Virus record (IMG/VR): IMGVR_UViG_3300038463_000177
Length of the DNA stretch: 64,000 bases
Strand: one strand, 5' to 3'
From: a virus
In this document: positions 17,904 to 24,167 of the stretch, piece by piece
Position numbering within the stretch: position 1 is the stretch's first letter
Layout of the letters: the number at the start of each line of letters is the position of its first letter
Made by a program: the position numbers and the translations under genes
The notes under the pieces: model-generated
What the model was told of the DNA's origin: nothing
Seen by the model: the letters and a program-made list of their open reading frames with translations, nothing else
Databases searched by the model: none

Positions 17904-18272
17904 CTATTCAGTTTCCTCCCCTTCTGTTTCACGCTCATCCGGCCAATCAAACCCGTCGGTTTCCTCGTTGTACTCCATGCCGTGCGGGATAAGCCAGCAA
18001 TCGCCGTTTTGATAGACGCTGTACTTGACGCCATTGTCATCGGTTACGGTCGCGGTTTGCTCCACATCGGACCACGTGTCCCAATACGCCTCATTGCAGA
18101 CGCAAACGCCGTTCTCATCCTCATAATCCGGGCCGCGTTCCAAAATCGCCCAGTCCTCATCCGATACGCCGCTGACACTCTTGGCGCGGTCGCTGAATGA
18201 TTTGGCGAAGTCTCGCGGGATGTAAACGCCGCGCGCGTCCGAAAGCCAAAGTAGCATGCCGGGTCTGGGCAT
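17904..18272 (-). CDS. hypothetical very acidic protein (first leftward early gene)
   Basis: 122 aa, roughly 29 D/E versus 9 K/R by hand count, C-terminal tail ERETEGEETE; RBS GAGGGGA. Confidence 0.75.
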   Translation of the reverse strand: MPRPGMLLWLSDARGVYIPRDFAKSFSDRAKSVSGVSDEDWAILERGPDYEDENGVCVCNEAYWDTWSDVEQTATVTDDNGVKYSVYQNGDCWLIPHGMEYNEETDGFDWPDERETEGEETE

Positions 18273-18319
18273 CTGAGTCCCCTCTCGTTTCGATCCGTCT
18301 ATTATGCATTTTATAACGG

Positions 18320-18665
18320 ATGGTGCAAGAGGGATTTTATCACGTTTTTGTGATTATAAGCGGCCTGGTCGGTGCCGATTTGCGACATGGTGCCACGGTG
18401 ACAGCATGGTGACGCAAGCTAGCCTACTCTTGCAACCATTGTCACCATGTCACCATATGTCATCATATAAATGTATAGAGAGGTAAGAGGGAATAGAGGA
18501 GTAGAGACATATAGCGTATATAATGCATAGAGTATTCCCTAGGTATGGGGACATTGTATGGTGACATGGTGCCAATGGTGACATTGTTGATATCGTTAAG
18601 CTTTTCGGTTTGGCATATGGTGACAGACATGGTGACATGGTGCCAATATCACGCGTTTGTGACTA
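18320..18665. repeat. iteron-like array of ATGGTG(A/C)C(A) 9-mers flanked by two TATCACG..TTTGTGA.TAT boxes
   Basis: At least 11 GGTG(A/C)C cores: three at 18387-18413, two or three inverted at 18439-18466, three at 18559-18584, three at 18617-18645; AT-rich core at 18457-18540. Confidence 0.7.
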
Positions 18666-18709
18666 TGAATTGCGTAAAAACAAGCGTAGAATTGTGAAAG
18701 TTACAGTAA

Positions 18710-18744
18710 TTGGTATCCCAATATAGGGAGTATTGGGATACCAA
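18710..18744. promoter_or_regulatory. perfect 14-bp inverted repeat (operator-like)
   Basis: TTGGTATCCCAATA-tagggag-TATTGGGATACCAA. Confidence 0.6.
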
Positions 18745-18750
18745 AAGTGG

Positions 18751-18777
18751 TAAAATCCATAAAATGGAGGTTAAAAT
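18751..18777 (+). promoter_or_regulatory. three TAAAAT -10-like hexamers (candidate rightward promoter)
   Basis: TAAAAT at 18751, 18760 and 18772, directly downstream of the palindrome. Confidence 0.35.
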
Positions 18778-18841
18778 GGCTATTAAAGCGTAAGGTGCAA
18801 TCGAGCGAATCAACGGTTTGGATCAAATGGAGGGATTAGAG

Positions 18842-19015
18842 ATGCAAGCGAGAACGCCGGATGAATGCGCGAATCACATGATAGTGCGCTACGGTACCAG
18901 CAACGCTCCCAAGCACGTCGCGGACGCGATACAAAACAATCGCGACAATTCGCAGGCGCTGTTGTACTGGCAAGCCGTCGACCGCGCGCTGATTCTGCTA
19001 TTGCGGGACGTTTAG
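18842..19015 (+). CDS. hypothetical small protein
   Basis: MQARTPDECANHMIVRYG..; GGAGGG 9 nt upstream; the ORF could also start at 18818 or 18827. Confidence 0.45.
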   Translation: MQARTPDECANHMIVRYGTSNAPKHVADAIQNNRDNSQALLYWQAVDRALILLLRDV

Positions 19016-19172
19016 CTAAGGTTTAGGGCGAGCTCGCCACTTCGCCAGATTGAGCGCTCCGGCTTTCAGGCCGGGACGTTCTTTCTCCTATCAAATGTTT
19101 GTGATGGGATTGACTATCGGTATGAAATGCATAATTGTGTGTTTGGTTTTAACGCGCACAAGGGGAAACGAA

Positions 19173-19448
19173 ATGGCTACACACTATTTTGAAACGACCG
19201 GTGAAGCTTACGACGCAACACAGTGTCGCGACGACGTTGCGAGTGGTGACGTTCTTGTCGTCGAGTCTGAATTCGTGGTTGGCGTTGCTGATACTTGGCC
19301 GGTTGCGGTGACGCTCGCTTGCGGGCATCTGCACAGCCCCAGTGCAGGTTTTTCTTTGGCGGAATGCTTGGCCGGTCGCGCCGCAGCTGGCGGAATCGAA
19401 GCGGCGCTGGCCCTTGCTGCAAGCCTTGGCTATCCATGCCGCGCTTGA
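19173..19448 (+). CDS. hypothetical protein
   Basis: MATHYFETTGEAYD.. after AGGGGAAAC; 91 aa. Confidence 0.6.
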   Translation: MATHYFETTGEAYDATQCRDDVASGDVLVVESEFVVGVADTWPVAVTLACGHLHSPSAGFSLAECLAGRAAAGGIEAALALAASLGYPCRA

Positions 19449-19642
19449 AAGTCCCTCGCATTACCTGTTGCTGGTGCGGGACCCGAATTGAACCGAACGC
19501 GCCGCGTATGCGCCTGCATGAATCGGCGGATACGCGGTGCATTACAAAATGCTTGGCAACGTTCCATCCGGAGTGTGGGGACGCTTTGCTTGATTATTGC
19601 GAGCGCAGGGTTAAACGCAAAGCGGTTACCGGCGATTTTTAG
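19436..19642 (+). CDS. small Cys-rich (zinc-finger-like) protein
   Basis: MPRLKVPRITCCWCGTRIE..CITKCLATFHPEC; 68 aa. Confidence 0.5.
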   Translation: MPRLKVPRITCCWCGTRIEPNAPRMRLHESADTRCITKCLATFHPECGDALLDYCERRVKRKAVTGDF

Positions 19643-19940
19643 TCGCGTGATACCTGCGGAGATTGAGAGCGCCAGCCGAGAGGCCTAGGCGCTCTTTTTC
19701 GTTGCGCGCCTCGTTGGCGACCTTGGCGAGCTCGTTGGCGCGGGCTTGGATCTTGTCGGCTAATAGCTGCAGTGCCCATCGGGGAGGCTGGCGCCGTCCG
19801 GCACGCCAATTCAGCACTGCGGCGCGTTTAGCTCTGCCGTCCAGCAAGCGCACGATTGCGCGGCCGCCAGCGCCAGGATGTAGCGCGTCGACGGCGCAAG
19901 AAAACACGGTTACAGGTTTCGAATCCAAATTTGGTTCCAT
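19626..19940 (-). CDS. Cro/YdaS-like DNA-binding protein on the opposite strand (candidate switch regulator)
   Basis: RAKRAAVLNWRAGRRQPPRWALQLLADKI resembles the Cro/YdaS-type HTH pattern; faces a repeat-rich low-GC spacer. Confidence 0.55.
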   Translation of the reverse strand: MEPNLDSKPVTVFSCAVDALHPGAGGRAIVRLLDGRAKRAAVLNWRAGRRQPPRWALQLLADKIQARANELAKVANEARNEKERLGLSAGALNLRRYHATKNRR

Positions 19941-19980
19941 ACCGGGAGAGGCTTTCTATCGTCCTGGGAACCAATAGCAG

Positions 19981-20062
19981 ACCAGGTCGCACCAGGTCGA
20001 CCGCAAGCCCGCATCTAGTCGACCTCAACCCGCCAACCCCTCTCGACCTCGAGCGACCGACC
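19981..20062. repeat. cluster of (G)GTCGACC-type short repeats
   Basis: ACCAGGTCG x2 (19981, 19991), GGTCGACC 19995, AGTCGACC 20017, CTCGACC 20042, CGACCGACC 20054; another GGTCGACG at 20214. Confidence 0.45.
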
Positions 20063-20146
20063 GCTTACAACTCAAGAGTAATAACCATAAACCATAGCGA
20101 ATATTTTTGTTTGCGAGCGCTATCAATAGGTTAGGAGGCGCACCTC

Positions 20147-20647
20147 ATGTACCCATTGCTTTGGCTCGATCCAGGCGCGGCCGGCTGCGGTATAGGGGTA
20201 GTCAAATCCCCGAGGTCGACGGCCCGCGAGGGAAAAGATTCTTGGGCACGCATCCCCATCCCTCCCCAGAAAAAATTCCAAAAACCGCCTTACCCGGTAA
20301 CCAGCCACCACCAACCCCATTGCAATAAGCCACGCCTTATGCCATCCAGAACAGCGTCAGGACCCCGCCCATCAGTTAAAACCGGAGTTTCAGCAAAAAT
20401 GACCAACGTTTACGAAGGCACCCCCGACGCCCGCCAGTCCGCCGACGTCGCGCACCCGGTCTCCAGCTTCCGCCCCACATACCGTGCGCTCACGCCCGAC
20501 GAGAAGGCTCTGCACGACGACCTCAAAGCCAAGGCCGTCGAGCTCGAAGCCCTGTTCGCCAAGGTCAAGCCCGGCCGTTACAACGCCCTGGCGGTCACCA
20601 GCCTGGAGCAGGCGATCATGTGGATCGTCAAGGAGCTGACGTCGTGA
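20147..20647 (+). CDS. hypothetical protein (conserved-looking C-terminal 82 aa; N-terminal part doubtful)
   Basis: Perfect TAGGAGG 7 nt before ATG 20147, but the first 84 codons have only ~54% GC3 and are P/K-rich; internal start MTNVYEG at 20399. Confidence 0.5.
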   Translation: MYPLLWLDPGAAGCGIGVVKSPRSTAREGKDSWARIPIPPQKKFQKPPYPVTSHHQPHCNKPRLMPSRTASGPRPSVKTGVSAKMTNVYEGTPDARQSADVAHPVSSFRPTYRALTPDEKALHDDLKAKAVELEALFAKVKPGRYNALAVTSLEQAIMWIVKELTS

Positions 20648-20799
20648 ATGCAGCGATCGTCATCGCGAGCATCTACTTCGCCATCCCGCTAGGAAGTATC
20701 TGGATTTCCGGGCGGCAGCTCACTTGGCAAGGCTGGCTGCTGTTCATGACGTTGTGGCCGATAGCGTTGCTGTTTATGGGACCGGAGGAATTGCCGTGA
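20644..20799 (+). CDS. 51-aa two-TM membrane peptide
   Basis: VNAAIVIASIYFAIPLGSIWISGRQLTWQGWLLFMTLWPIALLFMGPEELP; GTGA overlap with upstream stop. Confidence 0.4.
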   Translation: MNAAIVIASIYFAIPLGSIWISGRQLTWQGWLLFMTLWPIALLFMGPEELP

Positions 20800-21008
20800 A
20801 AATAGAATCCGCTTTCGCCATCGGCGATCGTGTCAACGTCGATGGCTGCGAGGCTTTGACCGGGTGCATCACCGCGGTGACCTGGCGCCACCCGACCCTG
20901 ATAAATTACGAGGTGTCGTGGGTAACCCAGGGCAAGTCGGAATCTAGTATCATCGAGGGCTGGCGGCTGACGCCGGCTCGCAGCAGCGGGGGCAACGAGC
21001 GTGACTGA
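20796..21008 (+). CDS. hypothetical small protein
   Basis: GTG after GGAGGAA; VKIESAFAIGDRVNVDG.. Confidence 0.55.
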   Translation: MKIESAFAIGDRVNVDGCEALTGCITAVTWRHPTLINYEVSWVTQGKSESSIIEGWRLTPARSSGGNERD

Positions 21009-21180
21009 CCGGGACGCCAAACTATGCGACGTCGCCGTCGAACTACGGCACGAGACCCACGCAGCTTTCCTGATATTCGACGGTTGGCGAACGGTGTGGG
21101 TGCCCAAGAGCCAGGTTGAGTACGCTGACGGGGTATGCACGATGCCCGAGTGGCTGGCCAAGGAGAAGGGGTTGCTATGA
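21001..21180 (+). CDS. hypothetical 59-aa protein
   Basis: VTDRDAKLCDVAVELRHETHAAFLIFDGWRTVWVPKSQVEY..; high GC3; below ORF-track cutoff. Confidence 0.45.
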   Translation: MTDRDAKLCDVAVELRHETHAAFLIFDGWRTVWVPKSQVEYADGVCTMPEWLAKEKGLL

Positions 21181-21563
21181 CGATCAAGGACCGCCTGCTG
21201 GAAGCCATCGGCGACATCCCCGACCTGTCGCAGGATGTGCTGACTGACCTCCTGATTGAGAAAGCCGAACTGCTGCGCGCCGAACTCGCGACGGCCCGCC
21301 TCGCGATAGGCAAGGAACTCCAGCGCGCCGACGACATCGAGAAAGCGTACCAGCGAGAACTTCACGAGATGAGCACCAACCTGCTCGCTGCGGCGGCCGG
21401 GGACTACTATTTTTACGACCAGTCCGCAAACGCCGGGTACGCCGTGACGATTACCGGGCATCGCAATATCAAGTTGGTGAAGCGAACGGGGCGCATCGAT
21501 TACATGCTGCAGAGAATTTCCGCCGATCAGTGGACGAGCAGGGTTTCGAAGGGAATTATATGA
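21177..21563 (+). CDS. hypothetical coiled-coil protein
   Basis: MTIKDRLLEAIGDIPD..; ATGA overlap. Confidence 0.65.
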   Translation: MTIKDRLLEAIGDIPDLSQDVLTDLLIEKAELLRAELATARLAIGKELQRADDIEKAYQRELHEMSTNLLAAAAGDYYFYDQSANAGYAVTITGHRNIKLVKRTGRIDYMLQRISADQWTSRVSKGII

Positions 21564-21685
21564 TTACCCTCGCCTACCTCCATTTCGTCCGCCACATCTG
21601 GACCGACGGCAAGTTTGCAGCCACCGTCAACTTCGGGCTGCTGGCGATCGGGATCGATTTCTACATTGTGGGCTCGTTGCTTTGA
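21560..21685 (+). CDS. 41-aa membrane peptide
   Basis: MITLAYLHFVRHIWTDGKFAATVNFGLLAIGIDFYIVGSLL; ATGA overlap. Confidence 0.35.
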   Translation: MITLAYLHFVRHIWTDGKFAATVNFGLLAIGIDFYIVGSLL

Positions 21686-21698
21686 AGGAAGATACGAA

Positions 21699-21923
21699 AT
21701 GAAAATGCTGACACAGCCGAAAATAGGATCACGGTGGCGCCACTGGAAGAATGGCAAAATTTACACGGTTGTGAAGTTCGCGCTGTTTTGCGACACCGAT
21801 CACGAGGAGCGCTCGCTTGTCATTTACGAAGACGCGGAAGGCGGAAGTTTTGCCCGCTCGGAATACGAATGGCACAACGTGATGCCGGGCGGCACCCGGC
21901 GCTTTACGGAGGTGGAGTTGTGA
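21699..21923 (+). CDS. DUF1653-like protein
   Basis: RWRHWKNGKIYTVV..SLVIYEDAEGGSFARSEYEW fits the DUF1653 pattern by eye. Confidence 0.6.
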   Translation: MKMLTQPKIGSRWRHWKNGKIYTVVKFALFCDTDHEERSLVIYEDAEGGSFARSEYEWHNVMPGGTRRFTEVEL

Positions 21924-22072
21924 CGAGCGAATCATGGCTTCCGCATCAATGCAATTTTTGCAAACAGTACAAGCGCGATACCAAACCGCGATCCGGTTGG
22001 GCACCGCCCATGCCTCTGTGCGACGAGTGCTATGAAAAGTGGTGGAACGAGAACAAAGACGAGTTAGGCTAG
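21920..22072 (+). CDS. small zinc-ribbon-like protein
   Basis: VTSESWLPHQCNFCKQY..PLCDECYEKWW; GTGA overlap. Confidence 0.5.
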   Translation: MTSESWLPHQCNFCKQYKRDTKPRSGWAPPMPLCDECYEKWWNENKDELG

Positions 22073-22435
22073 ATGACCCCCGACGCCTTCCGGGCCGCCG
22101 CCCAGCGCGTCTACAAGCGCCCCGACTGGAAGACGGCCTTGTCCCGGGATCTCGGCGTCAACGTCTGCACCGTGCACCGCATGCTGCATCGCTCCGAGGT
22201 GTCGGGCCCGTGGGCGATCGCCATCAAGGCCATGCTGGACAAGCGCCAGGCGCAGGACCGGCTGGACCGGGAAGTCAGGAAGCTGATGCCCAAAAAGCCG
22301 AGGAAGCGGTCCCGCAAGGCCATCCAGAAACGGAAGCAGAAGAATGCCGAGCGAGCCGCGAGCATGGTACAACGAGATCGACCCCTATGCGGCGCAGTGG
22401 CTGCGCAACCTGATCCAGAAAAAGCTGATACCTGA
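22073..22435 (+). CDS. HTH protein with Lys/Arg-rich tail
   Basis: LSRDLGVNVCTVHRMLHRSE; 3' end overlaps the methyltransferase start by 92 nt. Confidence 0.6.
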   Translation: MTPDAFRAAAQRVYKRPDWKTALSRDLGVNVCTVHRMLHRSEVSGPWAIAIKAMLDKRQAQDRLDREVRKLMPKKPRKRSRKAIQKRKQKNAERAASMVQRDRPLCGAVAAQPDPEKADT

Positions 22436-23393
22436 TGGAGATGTCGATACCCGGTCGATCGCCGACGTCTGCCCCGCCGATTTGCGCGGCTACACCCAGT
22501 GCCATTTTTTTGCCGGCCTCGGCGGCTGGCCCGCGGCTTTGCGACGCTCAGGCGTTTGGCTGGATCATCGCCCGGTTTGGACGGGCAGCTGTCCTTGCCA
22601 GCCTTTCTCCGTCGCGGGCAAGCAAGGTGGGTTTGCTGACGAGCGGCACCTCTGGCCTTTCTGGCAGTACCTCATCGAGCAGTGCCGCCCTGCAGTCATC
22701 TTTGGAGAGCAGGTTGCGTCCGCTTCTCAATGGCTCCGCCTTGTGCGAGGTGACCTGGAAGCCCTGGAATACGCCGTGGGGTTCATGCCTGTCGAGGCCG
22801 CGAGCGCGGGTGCGTTCCACTTGCGGGACAGGTACTGGTTTGTGGGCCACGATACGCGCGTCGGACGGGGAGAAAGGCGGTCCCAACCAGCAGTTCACGA
22901 GCGGCGAGGGACAGCCGCTGCCGGCGATGGTGGCGCAAGCGCTGTGGCCAACAACAACAACAACAACAACAAGGGACCACAAGGACGGTTCGTATTGCCC
23001 GAACGTGCCGATCAACGGGTTGCTGGGCAGGACGGTCTGGCCGACGCCGCGCGCGCAGAGTGCTTTGAACAGTGGCCCAAGCCGAACAGGTTGCCGGGCG
23101 GATATACAGACGGTAGCGTTATGGAGCACGGCGCGCGCGTCGCCGAACGAGAACCGTACGACGAGAGCGACGCCATCTCAGATGGACGGCAAGCACGGGC
23201 AGTATCTGGCGGTGCAAGCCTCGAATGGGTCCTCGGAGCCGACGGAAAAGCGAGGGTCGTTAAATCCGGAATTCGTCTGCTGGCTCATGGGGTACCCCAG
23301 CGAGTGGCTAAGCTGCGCGCCCTCGGAAATGCCATCGACCTCCGCCCGGCGACCGCGTTCATCCAAGCCGTCCACGAAAGCCTGAGCCAGTGA
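22344..23393 (+). CDS. DNA (cytosine-5) methyltransferase; central target-recognition part appears to be encoded in the +1 frame (see findings)
   Basis: Motif I HFFAGLGGW, IV SCPCQPFSVAGK, VI IFGEQV, VIII HLRDRYWFVG, X LRALGNAI in this frame; WPT..RDHKDG and LNPEFVCWLMGYPSEW motifs lie in frame +1. Confidence 0.8.
   Translation: MPSEPRAWYNEIDPYAAQWLRNLIQKKLIPDGDVDTRSIADVCPADLRGYTQCHFFAGLGGWPAALRRSGVWLDHRPVWTGSCPCQPFSVAGKQGGFADERHLWPFWQYLIEQCRPAVIFGEQVASASQWLRLVRGDLEALEYAVGFMPVEAASAGAFHLRDRYWFVGHDTRVGRGERRSQPAVHERRGTAAAGDGGASAVANNNNNNNKGPQGRFVLPERADQRVAGQDGLADAARAECFEQWPKPNRLPGGYTDGSVMEHGARVAEREPYDESDAISDGRQARAVSGGASLEWVLGADGKARVVKSGIRLLAHGVPQRVAKLRALGNAIDLRPATAFIQAVHESLSQ
22949..22972 (+). 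repeat. (CAA)8 trinucleotide microsatellite inside the methyltransferase gene
   Basis: caacaacaacaacaacaacaacaa read directly; gives Asn7 in the annotated frame and Thr7 in the +1 frame. Confidence 0.95.
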
Positions 23394-23848
23394 CCCGCTT
23401 CAAACTGCTAACCCACATCGAACGCGACATCCGCAACCAGGTCCTGTTCGACTCCTACCGACGACCAACCCGGAGAACCCGACTGATGATACATTTGCGT
23501 GACTACCACCGCGTCTACCTCGCCACCGCCGCTTTTGCCGCTGCGCTGGCCATCTCATGCTACACCGTCGCGCGCGCCGACGAGCTCCCCAAGTGCCCCG
23601 ACCCCGGCGTCAAGTGCAAGATCCTGTACCTCACGGAACAGGAAGAACAGATGCTGATGACCAAGAACGGCATCCTCGACACCGCAGCCCAGGCCCGGGC
23701 GATCGACCTCGGGCAATTCAGCGTCTACCTGAAGACCCGCATTGCCGCGGCGCCGGCGGGCGTTGTTACTCCGGTCCCGCCTTCCCCACCCCCGGTGCCG
23801 GTCACGCAAAATAATTCGCCGGCGCCTGTTGACAATCCCGCCAAGTAG
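23390..23848 (+). CDS. signal-anchored or secreted protein with Pro-rich tail
   Basis: Hydrophobic segment VYLATAAFAAALAISCYTVARA; tail PVPPSPPPVPV; GTG 23390 overlaps MTase stop; alternative ATG 23486 after GGAGAA. Confidence 0.6.
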   Translation: MTRFKLLTHIERDIRNQVLFDSYRRPTRRTRLMIHLRDYHRVYLATAAFAAALAISCYTVARADELPKCPDPGVKCKILYLTEQEEQMLMTKNGILDTAAQARAIDLGQFSVYLKTRIAAAPAGVVTPVPPSPPPVPVTQNNSPAPVDNPAK

Positions 23849-23909
23849 TACAATGTAGTACCCAGTCGATGCATGGAGATAAAAACCGCAGAGAGACGCA
23901 AAAACTACA

Positions 23910-23984
23910 GCAGCGATAGCTCACTGGTAGAGCATCTGAATTGTAATCAGAAGGTCGCGGGTTCGACTCCCGTTTGCAGCACCA
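23910..23984 (+). tRNA. tRNA-Thr: tRNA-Thr (anticodon UGU), CCA encoded
   Basis: Hand-folded cloverleaf: acceptor GCAGCGA/TTGCAGC (one A-A mismatch at 3:70), D arm GCTC-ACTGGTA-GAGC, anticodon arm TCTGA-ATTGTAA-TCAGA, T arm GCGGG-TTCGACT-CCCGT, ACCA end. Confidence 0.8.
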
Positions 23985-24167
23985 AAAGTGCCCTGAAGAT
24001 CGCAAGGTTCAACGCTCACGGATGCAAGGATTAAATCCGGCAAGGTGGCAAAGCTGAAGTGGTAAGGATGCGACCAGAATGACCTCGGGCGAGTTTAGTG
24101 GCGATTCGAAGCGGAGCTTCCGAGGCTTCCTGTGCAGGCGACGTGGTTCTAACAAGGGAAAGACAGT

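Noticed and set aside
18387-18645. GGTGACA cores resembling the SP6-type single-subunit RNAP promoter core (GGTGACACTATA)
   Set aside because: The similarity is limited to 7 nt. The copies are contiguous and occur in both orientations, unlike promoters. No phage RNA polymerase gene is present in the window.
18320-18665. CRISPR array
   Set aside because: The repeats are only 8-9 bp and directly abutting, with no regular 30-40 bp spacers. There are no cas genes apart from a stand-alone Cas4-like nuclease in a replication context.
20147-20398. Treating this stretch as certainly non-coding
   Set aside because: Its low GC3 and odd composition argue against coding. However, a perfect SD plus ATG and 84 stop-free codons in frame with the downstream domain keep the long ORF plausible. 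I reported it as uncertain rather than dropping it.
22949-22972. The (CAA)8 tract as an on/off phase-variation frameshift switch
   Set aside because: The unit length is 3 nt, so slippage cannot change the reading frame. The two frame changes in the gene map about 100 bp upstream and about 340 bp downstream of the tract, not at it.
23910-23984. The tRNA-Thr as a prophage attachment site or genome boundary
   Set aside because: Phage-type genes continue on both sides in the same orientation. I saw no second copy of the tRNA 3' half elsewhere in the window.
23985-24167. A second tRNA or structured ncRNA in the 183-nt spacer after the tRNA
   Set aside because: I could not fold a cloverleaf or any long stem by eye, only short 5-bp hairpins. 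I left it unannotated.
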